A stretch of 24,931 bases of DNA from Elusimicrobiota bacterium (GCA_041694815.1 JBGFSC010000031.1:1-24931), one strand, 5' to 3'; counted from the first letter of the stretch, positions 5,389-14,515 are shown. Program-made: numbers and translations. The notes: generated from the sequence alone by a model not told the origin.

Positions 5389-8085
5389 TCAATTCAAGCT
5401 GCTTAAAATTTCGCGCAGGCGGCTCTGCTTCTGCTCGAAATCGGCCTGGCGGCGGCGTATCGTCTCCACCTCCGCCTGCGGCGCGCGGGAGACGAAGGCC
5501 TCGTTCGACAATTGATTCTTGCACCGGGCCAATTGGGCGTCGATCTCCCGGGCTTCCTTCTCGAGCCTCGCGCGCTCCTTGTCGAAGTCGATCAAGCCCT
5601 CGAGCGGCACGTAGAAGGTCAGGCCCGCCGCCAAGGCCGTCGCGCTGCGCGCGGGCTTGGCCCCTTCGGCCTCCGACAGGCTTTCGAGCCGCGCCAAATA
5701 TTTTAAATAGGGAGCGTGCTCGAGCACAAGCCCCCCGCGGTCCTTGGGGCCCTCGAAATGCGCCTGGATCTTGAGTCCCGGCGGCACGTTCAGCTGCGAA
5801 CGCAGGGTGCGCAGGGCCACGACCGCTTCCATCACCGCCTCCATCCTGGAAACGTTCTCGCCGTCCTGCCAATCCCTTTCCAAAACGGGGCCGCCAGACT
5901 GGATGAGGAAATCATGCGACTGGCCGGCGAAGGCCTTAAGGGAGGCGTATAACTCCTCCGTGATGAACGGCATGAAGGGGTGCAGCATCTTGAGCGTTCC
6001 CACCAGGACCTCGACCAGGATGGCGCGGGCGGCTTCCTTTTCCTCCCCATCAATGCCGGTCAGCCGAATCTTGGCCAACTCCACGTACCAGTCGCAAAAG
6101 CTGTCCCAAAGGAAGCCGTAAAGCGTATCGGCGGCCGCGGCGAATTCATGCGCGTCCATGTTCTCGCGCACCCGGGCGAGCATACCCTGGTACTGCGCCA
6201 AGACCCATCGATCAGCCAACTCCAGGCAGCAGTGGGACAAAGACTCCAGGCGATAACCGCCTGCCGGCGGCGCCGCCGGCAGATTCATGAGCACGAAGCG
6301 CGTCGAGTTCCAGAGCTTGTTGGCGAAATTGCGCGGGCCGGTGATGGAGTCCTCGGCGAAGGGGATGTCCCGGCCCGGATGGGCCTGCGACAGCAGCGAG
6401 AATCGGAAAGCGTCGGTGCCGTATTTGTCCATCATCACCAAGGGGTCGACGACGTTGCCGAGAGACTTGGACATCTTCTTTCCGGCCTTGTCGCGCACGA
6501 TGCCATGGATGATCCCCGTCGAGAAGGGAACCCCGCCCATGAGCTCCAACCCCATCATCTGCATGCGCGCGACCCAGAGGTAGAGTATCTCGTAGCCGGT
6601 CACCAGGGCCGAGGTCGGGTAAAAATACTCCAGGTCTTTCGTCTTCTCCGGCCAGCCGAACACCGAAAAGGGCCACAGGGCCGAGGAGAACCACGTGTCG
6701 AGCACGTCGGGGTCCTGAAGCAGCGAGGTCCCGCCGCAATCGGGGCATCGTTGGGGCTTTTCCGCGCCGGGGATCCCTTTCAGGTCCGCGGCCTGATGGA
6801 AATCCTTCTCGCTTATTCCAGGATTGCACGAGACGCAATACCAGACGGGAATGCGATGCCCCCACCAGATCTGACGCGAGATGCACCAGTCGCGGATCTC
6901 CTGTAGCCATCGGCGGTACGGGTTCCTCCAGCTCTCCGGAAAAAGCCTGAAATCGCCGCGATCCAGGGCGCGGACGGCCGGCTCGGCCAGCTTGGGCATC
7001 TTCACGAACCACTGCCACGACACGAGCGGCTCGATGGCCTGGTTGCAGCGGTAGCAGACGCCGACGGCGTGTGGGTGCTCCTCGGTCTTCTCGAGGAATC
7101 CCCCGTCGCGCAAGTCCGCGGCCACCTTGTCGCGGGCCTGCTCGCGGGAAAGGCCTGAGTATCCTTCTCCGGCGTCCGCGGTCATCTTCCCGTCGGGACC
7201 GATCACCTTGATGGAAGGCAGCGAGTGCCGCTGCCCGATCTCGAAGTCATTGGGGTCATGGGCCGGGGTCACCTTCACCGCGCCGGTCCCGAAGGAGGGG
7301 TCCACGTGCTCGTCCGCCTTGACGGGGATCGTTCGCCCCGTCAGCGGGAGCTTAAGCGTCTTGCCGACCAGGGCGGCATAGCGAGAATCCTTGGGATTGA
7401 CCGCCACCGCCGTGTCGCCGAGCATCGTCTCGGGACGGGTCGTGGCCACCACCAGTCCCCGGCCGCCGTCGGCCGACGGATAATGGATATGCCAGAGCTT
7501 CCCTTTGCGCTCCTCGTATTCCACCTCGATGTCGGAAAGCGCGGTGCCGCAGCGCACGCACCAGTTGACCATGCGCTCGCCCCGGTAGATGAGCCCCTTT
7601 TCCCAAAGATGCTTGAAGGCGGCCAATACCGCCCGCGCGCGGGGCTCGTCCATGGTGAAGGCCTCGCGATCCCAGTCCAGGGCGCAGCCGAGCCGCTCGA
7701 GCTGCCCCAGGATCGTGCTCTTGCAGGCCAGGGTCCACTCGCGCATGCGCTCCAAAAATTTCTCCCGGCCCAGAGCCTGCCTCGAGCCCTTCTCCGCGCG
7801 CAGCTGCTTCTCCATGACGTTCTGCGTCGCGATGCCGCCGTGGTCGGTGCCCGGGACCCAACAGACCGCATCGCCGTTTAACCGCCGCCAGCGGACCATC
7901 AAGTCCTGGAGGGCGTTGTTGAGGGCATGGCCGATATGCAGCGCGCCCGTCACGTTCGGCGGAGGGATGACCACGACGAAGGGCCGCGCCTCGGCGGAGG
8001 GCTCGGCGTGGAAGAGCCGCGCCCGCCTCCAGGCCGAGACCCATTTCGCCTCGACGGGCCCGGGATTGTAAACCTTCTCTAGCAT
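5389..8085 (-). CDS. valS: Valine--tRNA ligase
   Basis: N-terminus MLEKVYNPGPVEAKW. Class I HIGH motif PPPNVTGALHIGHAL. KMSKS motif (GKKMSKSLGN). Editing domain. C-terminal coiled coil (EAREIDAQLARCKNQLSNEAFVSRAP). The track ORF continues 38 aa upstream to 8199 as R/P-rich text; the ATG at 8085 was chosen. Confidence 0.9.
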   Translation of the reverse strand: MLEKVYNPGPVEAKWVSAWRRARLFHAEPSAEARPFVVVIPPPNVTGALHIGHALNNALQDLMVRWRRLNGDAVCWVPGTDHGGIATQNVMEKQLRAEKGSRQALGREKFLERMREWTLACKSTILGQLERLGCALDWDREAFTMDEPRARAVLAAFKHLWEKGLIYRGERMVNWCVRCGTALSDIEVEYEERKGKLWHIHYPSADGGRGLVVATTRPETMLGDTAVAVNPKDSRYAALVGKTLKLPLTGRTIPVKADEHVDPSFGTGAVKVTPAHDPNDFEIGQRHSLPSIKVIGPDGKMTADAGEGYSGLSREQARDKVAADLRDGGFLEKTEEHPHAVGVCYRCNQAIEPLVSWQWFVKMPKLAEPAVRALDRGDFRLFPESWRNPYRRWLQEIRDWCISRQIWWGHRIPVWYCVSCNPGISEKDFHQAADLKGIPGAEKPQRCPDCGGTSLLQDPDVLDTWFSSALWPFSVFGWPEKTKDLEYFYPTSALVTGYEILYLWVARMQMMGLELMGGVPFSTGIIHGIVRDKAGKKMSKSLGNVVDPLVMMDKYGTDAFRFSLLSQAHPGRDIPFAEDSITGPRNFANKLWNSTRFVLMNLPAAPPAGGYRLESLSHCCLELADRWVLAQYQGMLARVRENMDAHEFAAAADTLYGFLWDSFCDWYVELAKIRLTGIDGEEKEAARAILVEVLVGTLKMLHPFMPFITEELYASLKAFAGQSHDFLIQSGGPVLERDWQDGENVSRMEAVMEAVVALRTLRSQLNVPPGLKIQAHFEGPKDRGGLVLEHAPYLKYLARLESLSEAEGAKPARSATALAAGLTFYVPLEGLIDFDKERARLEKEAREIDAQLARCKNQLSNEAFVSRAPQAEVETIRRRQADFEQKQSRLREILSSLN

Positions 8086-8092
8086 GCTAACC

Positions 8093-8216
8093 GGCGACGA
8101 CCCCGGGCATTGCTTCCGTCGGAACGCGCGGCCTTTGGGGCCGCGCTCTGTCCTCGGCGGCTTTGGGGTGCGCCGCCTGCGGAGGTCCTCCTCCAGCAAT
8201 GCCCAGGGTCGTCGCC
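8093..8216 (-). promoter_or_regulatory. Structured valS leader: 21-bp long-range inverted repeat (8093..8113 / 8196..8216) enclosing further GC hairpins
   Basis: GGCGACGACCCCGGGCATTGC pairs with GCAATGCCCAGGGTCGTCGCC, 20 of 21 Watson-Crick plus one G-U in the mRNA sense. The 3' arm ends 7 nt before the valS ATG. Internal hairpins: GCGCGGCC-TTTGG-GGCCGCGC and GGAGGTCCTCC. Confidence 0.4.
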
Positions 8217-8220
8217 AATC

Positions 8221-9519
8221 TCACAAAAGCTCAGACGCCAGGGCCGCCAGCGGGCTGCGCTCGATCTTGGAGAAGGTCACGTGCCCGAACAGGGGCTGGC
8301 CCTTGAAATGCTCCACCAGGTTGGTGAGCCCGTTGGAGGCGGCGTCCAGGTAATAATTGTCGATCTGATAGGGATCGCCGGTCAAGACGATCTTCGAGCC
8401 CTGCCCGACGCGCGAGATGATGGTCTTGATCTCGTGCGGCGTCAGGTTCTGGGCGTCGTCGATGATGATGTATTGGTTGGGCAGCGTGCGGCCGCGCAAA
8501 AATGTCACGGCCTCGATCTCGATCTTCTTCTGCTCGACGAGCATCTGGATGCTCATCTCGCTTTCCTCGGAATGGGGCCGGTCCATGAGAAACTCGAGGT
8601 TGTCGTAGATGGCTCCCATCCAGCTCTCGAGCTTCTCCTGCTTGGATCCGGGCAAGAACCCGATGTCGTGGCCCACCGCGATCACCGGCCGGGCGATGAG
8701 CATGCGGCGGTAGAGCTTCTCCTCGAGTATCTGCTCGAGGCCCGCGGCCAAGGCCATGAGCGTCTTGCCCGAACCGGGGACCCCGACCAAGGTGACGAGC
8801 TGCACCTCCTTGCGCATCAAAAGCTCCAGGGCGAAGCGCTGCTCGGTGTTGAGCGGCTTGATGCCCCACGGCACGGTGTCGGCCTTCGTTAACGGCACCA
8901 GGGAGCCCAGCTTCTGGTCGTAGCGGGTCAAAGCGGACTTGGAGCCGCCGTCGTTGTCCTTGAGGATCACGAATTCGTTGGGCTTAAGCCCTCCCTCGTT
9001 GACCGCCAGGCGCCGGGTCTTGTAGAAGGAGTCGATCTCGCCCGGGGGCGCGCCCACCTCCTGCCAGCCGCGGTAGAGGTCGGTCACGTCGACCTTTTCC
9101 CTCTCGTAGTCCTGCGTGTCGAGCCCGATGGCCTCGGCCTTGATGCGCAGGTTGATGTCCTTGGAGATGAAAACGATCTTGTCGCCCTCTTTCTTGAGCT
9201 GCTGCGCGACGGCGAGGATCATGTTGTCCTTGCTATGGGACAGGAAGGTCGGCGGCAGGCCGTTGCCGCTCACCATCTCGACCTTGAGAGTGCCCCCATG
9301 CTCCAGGATAACCCCGTCCGATAATTTCCCCTTGGACCTCAGGCCGTCGAGCTTGCGGGCCACCAGCCGCGCCGCGCGGCCGCGCTCGTCGTTGTTGCGC
9401 TTGAAGGTATCGAGCTCCTCGATGACGGGCAACGGCAGCACCACCTTCGAGCCCTCGAAGGCGAAGATGGCGTTGGGGTCGTGGATGACGACGTTGGTGT
9501 CGAGCACGAAGGTTTTCAC
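8221..9519 (-). CDS. PhoH-like ATPase with N-terminal PIN domain (PhoH2/YlaK type)
   Basis: GTG start preceded by GGGAGG-N5 gives MKTFVLDTNVVIHDP, a PIN N-terminus. Walker A GVPGSGKT. PhoH C-terminal block IIIDDAQNLTPHEIKTIISRVGQGSKIVLTGDPYQID. The track ORF extends 213 codons upstream into hemW as GC-frame artefact. Confidence 0.85.
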   Translation of the reverse strand: MKTFVLDTNVVIHDPNAIFAFEGSKVVLPLPVIEELDTFKRNNDERGRAARLVARKLDGLRSKGKLSDGVILEHGGTLKVEMVSGNGLPPTFLSHSKDNMILAVAQQLKKEGDKIVFISKDINLRIKAEAIGLDTQDYEREKVDVTDLYRGWQEVGAPPGEIDSFYKTRRLAVNEGGLKPNEFVILKDNDGGSKSALTRYDQKLGSLVPLTKADTVPWGIKPLNTEQRFALELLMRKEVQLVTLVGVPGSGKTLMALAAGLEQILEEKLYRRMLIARPVIAVGHDIGFLPGSKQEKLESWMGAIYDNLEFLMDRPHSEESEMSIQMLVEQKKIEIEAVTFLRGRTLPNQYIIIDDAQNLTPHEIKTIISRVGQGSKIVLTGDPYQIDNYYLDAASNGLTNLVEHFKGQPLFGHVTFSKIERSPLAALASELL

Positions 9520-9568
9520 GGTTGCCTCCCACAGCGATCGACGCAACCATTTCCTCGAATATTCTCGG

Positions 9569-10672
9569 TCATTGCACGAACTCCTCGAAGACGCGGTTGG
9601 CGAGGTAGAGCCCTTCCCCCGCGAGCTTGACGGTGTCATCCTGCTTGGCGATCCAACCCCGCCGCAAGAGCCGCGCCCATTGCGGCTCGAAGGCTTCCCA
9701 CATCTCGGGCGTGAGCGCCATCCCGTCGATCTGCCGGAGGCCGAGCAGGACGGTCTCGCCCATGCGCCGCAGGGGCGAGAGGGACTCGGACTCGAGGACG
9801 GCGCTCCGGCCCGATTCGATGGCGGCGCAATAGGCCTCCAGGCGGTCCAAGTTCTGCGTGCGCTGGCCGTCCAAATAAGAGGAGGCCCCGCACCCCAGGC
9901 CCAGGTATTCCTCGTTGCGCCAGTAGATCCGGTTGTGGATCGACTCGAAACCGGGCCTGGCGAAATTGGATATCTCGTAATGGTGGTAGCCCAGCGCCTT
10001 GAGCCGCTCGATGGAGCCCTCGAACATATCGCGCACCAGGTCTTCGTCGACCTGGAAGCCGCGCCTGGCCAGTAGTGTGCGGTCCTCGACTTGCAGGCAA
10101 TAAAGCGAGAGATGATCGCAATCGAGCGACAAGACGGACTCCAAGCTGCGCCGGGCATCCTGGGGGCTCTGCCCCGGAAGGCCGACCATAAGGTCGACGT
10201 TCACGGCGAAGCCTCGGGCCTTCGCTGCGGCGTAGACCCTACAGAAATCCTCCCAGCCGTGCCGGCGGCCCAGCGAGCGCAACAGCCGGTCATCGGCGCT
10301 CTGGAGCCCCAGGCTCAAGCGGCCGACGCCGCGACTGCGCAACACGTCCATCTTTTCCTCGCTCAAGCTCTCGGGATTGGCCTCGAAGGTCGATTCGAGA
10401 AAGCCCTCGACGGGGCCGAAGAGCTCCTCGACGCTGCACAAGAGCTCGTCCATCTCTTCAGCCGAGAGTTCGCTCGGCGTGCCCCCGCCCACATAGAGCG
10501 TGTCCACCGGCCTATGGCGCGAGCGCGATTCCGCCGCCAGCGCCCGGAGGTAGCGCCCCGTCCGGTTCCGCTGCCCCGCGAAAGCCGTGAAATCGCAATA
10601 GAAGCACTTGATGGAGCAAAACGGGACGTGGATGTAGAGTCCTCGCAGACCCACGTCGCGGGGCGCGCTCAA
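9569..10672 (-). CDS. hemW: Radical SAM heme chaperone HemW (HemN-like, oxygen-independent coproporphyrinogen oxidase family)
   Basis: [17 protein letters not shown] carries the CxxxCxxC radical SAM motif in the HemW context. GGGTPS. C-terminal HemN_C-like domain. TTG at 10672 overlaps the SPFH stop (TTGA). An alternative GTG at 10654 gives [13 protein letters not shown]. Confidence 0.8.
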   Translation of the reverse strand: MSAPRDVGLRGLYIHVPFCSIKCFYCDFTAFAGQRNRTGRYLRALAAESRSRHRPVDTLYVGGGTPSELSAEEMDELLCSVEELFGPVEGFLESTFEANPESLSEEKMDVLRSRGVGRLSLGLQSADDRLLRSLGRRHGWEDFCRVYAAAKARGFAVNVDLMVGLPGQSPQDARRSLESVLSLDCDHLSLYCLQVEDRTLLARRGFQVDEDLVRDMFEGSIERLKALGYHHYEISNFARPGFESIHNRIYWRNEEYLGLGCGASSYLDGQRTQNLDRLEAYCAAIESGRSAVLESESLSPLRRMGETVLLGLRQIDGMALTPEMWEAFEPQWARLLRRGWIAKQDDTVKLAGEGLYLANRVFEEFVQ

Positions 10673-11415
10673 GACCCCGCGCGCTTGATGAAGGAGGCCA
10701 TGAAATCGATCGGCACCGGGAACAGTGTCGTCGAATTCTTGTCCGCCGCGATCTCGGTTAAGGTCTGCAGGTAGCGCAATTGGATGGCCGCGGGATCCTT
10801 GGACATCACCATCGCGGCCTCCGAGAGCTTCTGGGAGGCCTGGAGCTCGCCTTCGGCGTGGATGATCTTGGCACGGCGCTCGCGCTCGGCCTCCGCCTGG
10901 CGGGCCATGGCCCGCTGCATCTCGACGGGCAGGTCGACGTTCTTGACCTCGACGTTGGAGACCTTCACCCCCCAGGGTTCGGTGTGCTGGTCGAGTATCT
11001 GCTGTAGCTCGAGATTGATCTTGTCGCGATTGGCGAGCAGGTCGTCGAGCTCCATCTTGCCGAGCACGCTGCGCAGCGTCGTCTGGGAGAGTTGGCTCGT
11101 CGCGTAGATGTAGTTTTCCACCTGGAGCACGGCCTTGCCGGGGTCCATGACCCGATAATAGATGACGGCGTTGACCTTGAGGGAGACGTTGTCGCGCGTG
11201 ATGACGTCCTGGGGAGGCACGTCGAAGACGATGGTGCGGAGGCTGACGGTGACCATGCGCTGCAGGGCCGGGATGACCAGGGTGATGCCGGGGCCCCGCG
11301 TTCCGGAAAAGCGTCCGAGCGTGAAGATGACGCCGCGTTCATATTCGTTAAGTATCTTGATGCTGGAGAGGACGATGACGATCAGGAAGATTACGATGGG
11401 GGATAATCCGAGCAT
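10669..11415 (-). CDS. SPFH/band-7 (stomatin/slipin-like) membrane protein
   Basis: ATG preceded by GGAGG-N6. N-terminal [22 protein letters not shown] core [19 protein letters not shown]...[18 protein letters not shown]-terminal coiled coil [21 protein letters not shown]. The track start at 11445 is an upstream TTG. Confidence 0.85.
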   Translation of the reverse strand: MLGLSPIVIFLIVIVLSSIKILNEYERGVIFTLGRFSGTRGPGITLVIPALQRMVTVSLRTIVFDVPPQDVITRDNVSLKVNAVIYYRVMDPGKAVLQVENYIYATSQLSQTTLRSVLGKMELDDLLANRDKINLELQQILDQHTEPWGVKVSNVEVKNVDLPVEMQRAMARQAEAERERRAKIIHAEGELQASQKLSEAAMVMSKDPAAIQLRYLQTLTEIAADKNSTTLFPVPIDFMASFIKRAGS

Positions 11416-11470
11416 GTGGGCCTCCGGTTTGAATGATTCTGTCAAAATAAGGGCGGTGTGCGCAAGCCAG

Positions 11471-11545
11471 CGCGAAATACTCGCGAGGAACCTCGAACTC
11501 GTCGCGCGAAGCGCGACGAGTCACGCGCCCGAGGCGCGTAAAAGA
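11471..11545. repeat. Intergenic mosaic palindromic repeat, locus 1: modules D, AACCTCGAA, hairpin A, hairpin C
   Basis: D is CGCGAAATACTCGCGA at 11471..11486, also at 15160..15175. Hairpin A is CTCGTCGCGC-GAA-GCGCGACGAG at 11498..11520, identical at 24787..24809. Hairpin C is ACGCGCC-CGA-GGCGCGT at 11523..11539, present inverted at 24678..24694. Confidence 0.7.
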
Positions 11546-11558
11546 CCGTTTATACATT

Positions 11559-11567
11559 TGGTATAAT
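11559..11567 (+). promoter_or_regulatory. Extended -10 element TGGTATAAT upstream of ispG; no consensus -35
   Basis: TGnTATAAT lies 9 nt before the ispG ATG at 11576, implying a very short or leaderless 5' end. The same element type precedes the dehydrogenase operon. Confidence 0.35.
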
Positions 11568-11575
11568 TGTTTTTT

Positions 11576-13513
11576 ATGCCAACCGAAACCCTCCCATCGA
11601 CGGCCCCGCCGGCCTACTGCTCCGACCCCTTCGGCTACGCCCGGCGCAAAACCCGCGTCGTCCGCGTCGGCAAGGTGCCCGTCGGCGGGAACAACCCCAT
11701 TCGCGTCCAGTCGATGACGACGACCGATACCCTCGACGTCGAGGCGACCGTGGCCCAAACCCTGAAAATGGTGGAGGCCGGCTGCGAAATCGTCCGGATC
11801 ACCGCGCCCACGGTGGGCGACGCGCGGGCGCTCGGCAAGATCAAGGAGCGGCTACTGCGCTTGGGCTGCGACGTTCCGCTCGTCGCCGACATCCATTTCT
11901 CCCCCCAGGCCGCGATGGAAGCCGCCGAGTACGTCGAGAAGGTCCGCATCAACCCCGGCAATTTCGTCGATTCCAAGCGCTTCGCGGTCAAGGAGTACAG
12001 CGACGAGCAGTACGCCGAGGAACTCTCCCGCATCGAGGCGGCCTTCACCCCCCTCGTGGAGAAGCTCAAGCGCCTGGGCCGCGCCCTGAGGATCGGCACC
12101 AACCACGGCTCGCTCTCCGACCGCATCATGAACCGCTACGGCGACACCCCCCTGGGGATGGTCGAGTCGGCCTTGGAGTACGTGCGCATCTGCGAGAAGA
12201 ACGGCTACCGGGACATCATCCTCTCGATGAAGGCCTCCAACCCCAAGGTGATGGTCGCGGCCTACCGCCTGCTCGCCGCGCGGATGGAGGAGCTCGGCAT
12301 GGATTATCCCTTCCATCTGGGCGTGACCGAGGCGGGCGACGGGGAGGACGGGCGGATTAAATCCGCCATCGGCATCGGCAGTCTGCTCGCAGACGGGATC
12401 GGGGATACCATACGGGTTTCGCTGACCGAGGACCCGGAATACGAAATCCCCGTTTGTTATGCTCTCGCCCGGCCGTTCCAACCCACGTCTTTGAGGCAAG
12501 TCACGCGCCCAAAGCGCGTAAATACCCTCCCATACGATCCGTTTTATTATGAGCGCCGTAAGAGCCGTCCCGTGTCCATCGGCCCCTTCCCCGCCGGTGA
12601 CGCGCAGCTCGTGCGCGTCGTCACGGCGTTCAAGGAGAATCCCTCCGCCGAACAGATACTCGCCTTCTTGGAGGAGCAGCTCCGCGCCGCCAAAAACCTC
12701 GAGCCCGAGATCATCGAGTGGCGGGTCCGCGGGGGTTCGGATCTCGAAGCCCTCTCGGCGCTGCGCGCACGGCTGCGCGCCGAAACATCCCGGCTCGCCT
12801 TCGCCGCCCGTTTCGAGCCGCCCGCCCAGCCGCTCGCGCGGGGCGATTTCGACGCGTTGATCCTGGAGGCGCCATCGGCCGAGGAGTTGATGTCCCTGCG
12901 CGCGCGGATGGAGCCGGAAACGCCCGTCCTGCTTTCGCTGCGGGGCGAGGACGCCGGCGCGCTGCTCAAGGAATACAGGCTCCTGGCCTCCAGGCTCAAG
13001 GCCGCCGGCTCCAAGGAGCTCATCCTTTTGCGGGCTCCGGTCCAGGCGGAGGAGCAAGAGCAGGTGCTGGCCTCCTCGGTGCTCATCGGCAGCCTGTTGT
13101 GCGACGGCATCGGCGACTGCGTGCAGGTGGACTCCGCCCTTAAGCCGGCGCGCAACCTGGAGCTCGTCTACAACATACTGCAGGCCGCCGGCGTGCGCGT
13201 CACGAAGACCGAGTTCGTTTCCTGCCCCTCCTGCGGGCGAACCCTGTTCAACCTGCAGACCACCACCGAGCGGATCAAATCGAAGACGGGGCACTTAAAG
13301 GGCGTCAAGATCGCCATCATGGGATGCATCGTCAACGGCCCCGGCGAGATGGCCGACGCCGATTTCGGCTATGTCGGGGGCGCCCCGGACAAGATCAATC
13401 TCTACGTTGGCAAGGAATGCGTGCGCAAGGGTATCCCCGCCGCCGTCGCCGACGAGGCCCTCATCGAGCTCATCAAGTCCCACGGCAAGTGGGTAGAGCC
13501 GCCCTCCGCGTAG
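11576..13513 (+). CDS. ispG: 4-hydroxy-3-methylbut-2-enyl diphosphate synthase IspG/GcpE, long form with central insert domain
   Basis: N-terminal TIM-barrel block VGKVPVGGNNPIRVQSMTTTDT...NPGNF. C-terminal 4Fe-4S block FVSCPSCGRTLFNLQ...IMGCIVNGPGE. About 270 extra residues between them. The track start is a TTG 9 nt upstream. Confidence 0.9.
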   Translation: MPTETLPSTAPPAYCSDPFGYARRKTRVVRVGKVPVGGNNPIRVQSMTTTDTLDVEATVAQTLKMVEAGCEIVRITAPTVGDARALGKIKERLLRLGCDVPLVADIHFSPQAAMEAAEYVEKVRINPGNFVDSKRFAVKEYSDEQYAEELSRIEAAFTPLVEKLKRLGRALRIGTNHGSLSDRIMNRYGDTPLGMVESALEYVRICEKNGYRDIILSMKASNPKVMVAAYRLLAARMEELGMDYPFHLGVTEAGDGEDGRIKSAIGIGSLLADGIGDTIRVSLTEDPEYEIPVCYALARPFQPTSLRQVTRPKRVNTLPYDPFYYERRKSRPVSIGPFPAGDAQLVRVVTAFKENPSAEQILAFLEEQLRAAKNLEPEIIEWRVRGGSDLEALSALRARLRAETSRLAFAARFEPPAQPLARGDFDALILEAPSAEELMSLRARMEPETPVLLSLRGEDAGALLKEYRLLASRLKAAGSKELILLRAPVQAEEQEQVLASSVLIGSLLCDGIGDCVQVDSALKPARNLELVYNILQAAGVRVTKTEFVSCPSCGRTLFNLQTTTERIKSKTGHLKGVKIAIMGCIVNGPGEMADADFGYVGGAPDKINLYVGKECVRKGIPAAVADEALIELIKSHGKWVEPPSA

Positions 13514-13593
13514 CGCGACATCCCCGCGTCATAATTCTTTTACCCTCGCTCCATGCCCCCTGGGGCGCAAGAAAGGTTTAATGTGCCGCCCGC

Positions 13594-14460
13594 ATGAAAA
13601 TAGCCCTGGCCGACAGGATTTTTTCGTCCCCGCTCGAACACGACACCTCCCTTCTCTTCCAGTACATCAACCAGAGGCGCCGCCTCAAGGAGACCACCCG
13701 GCAGCTGCAGGAGGCGCGGCAAAACTGCCTCCGCCACCTCGAGGAGTTGCGTCGCTTAAGGCGCCAAGAGACCGCCGAGCGGGAGCTCATCGCCAACGTT
13801 TCCCACGAGTTCCGCACCCCCGTGGCGGCCATCAAGGGCTTCGCCGAGACCCTGCGCCGCGGAGGCCTGCAGGACCGAAAGAACCGGCTTGAGTTCGTCA
13901 AGACCATCGAAAAACACTCCGACTGGCTGGCCAAGCTCATCGAGAACCTGCTCGTGCTCCATTCGCTCAACTCCAAGAGGCGCGTCTTGTCCCGCCAATC
14001 CGTCGATCTCGCCGGATTCCTGTCGAATTTCGCCGATTCCGTCGCGCCCCTGGCCCGGAAAAAGCAGGTCGCCTTAAAAATATCCGCGGCCGAGGGCCTG
14101 CGCGTCGACTGCGACGCGGACCATCTGGAGCGGGCGCTGCAAAGCCTCTACGAAAACGCCCTCAAATTTACGCCCTCCGGCGGGACGGTGGAAATCTCGG
14201 CCCGTGCGTGCGGGCAGCAGGCCCTCGTCGCGGTCCGCGACGAGGGAAGCGGCATCCCCCCTTCCCTGCTGCCCGATTTCTTCAAGCGCCTTTCCAGGTT
14301 CAAGCACCGGCTCGGCAAGGGAACCGGCCTGGGATTGCGCATCGCCAAGTGCGCCGTCGAGGCCAACGGCGGAAGGATTTGGGTGGAGAAAAATCCAGGC
14401 CGTGGCGTTTCATTCGCGTTTACCGTCGGCCTGCCTTCCCCCAAGTCCCGCCGCAAATAA
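13594..14460 (+). CDS. Soluble sensor histidine kinase (HisKA + HATPase_c), no TM or recognizable sensor domain
   Basis: H-box NVSHEFRTPVAAIKGF. N box LYENALKF. G1/G2 boxes RDEGSGIP and GKGTGLGLRIAK. No adjacent response regulator in the window. Confidence 0.8.
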   Translation: MKIALADRIFSSPLEHDTSLLFQYINQRRRLKETTRQLQEARQNCLRHLEELRRLRRQETAERELIANVSHEFRTPVAAIKGFAETLRRGGLQDRKNRLEFVKTIEKHSDWLAKLIENLLVLHSLNSKRRVLSRQSVDLAGFLSNFADSVAPLARKKQVALKISAAEGLRVDCDADHLERALQSLYENALKFTPSGGTVEISARACGQQALVAVRDEGSGIPPSLLPDFFKRLSRFKHRLGKGTGLGLRIAKCAVEANGGRIWVEKNPGRGVSFAFTVGLPSPKSRRK

Positions 14461-14515
14461 TCCCCATATAAGCTTTACCGTCCGCTCATGCCTTCGCGCG
14501 CTGGCCTCGCCTATA

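Noticed and set aside
5282-8199. Long ORFs in other frames or the opposite strand across valS (e.g. 5282..5872-, 5980..6906+, 6212..7018-, 7225..7881+, 7352..8044-) and across ispG and the rib genes (e.g. 11852..13294-, 17392..18105-, 17571..18332+, 18129..18857-, 18811..19644-, 19804..20637+ upstream part)
   Set aside because: Their products are Arg/Pro/Gly/Ala-rich low-complexity text typical of stop-codon-poor alternative frames in GC-rich DNA. Each lies entirely inside a gene with strong family evidence. None has a start context.
8086-8199. N-terminal extensions in the ORF track for valS (to 8199), PhoH2 (to 10158), SPFH (to 11445), the lipoprotein (from 14204), ribD (from 17074) and paralog 3 (from 1366)
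   Set aside because: The extensions are low-complexity or overlap the neighbouring gene. The downstream starts have SDs and begin at conserved N-terminal family motifs, or follow the upstream stop.
13514-13593. Terminator after ispG (GCCCC-CT-GGGGC) and a CATAAT -10 before the kinase
   Set aside because: The stem is only 5 bp with a 2-nt loop and the T-run is weak. Both are too weak to call.
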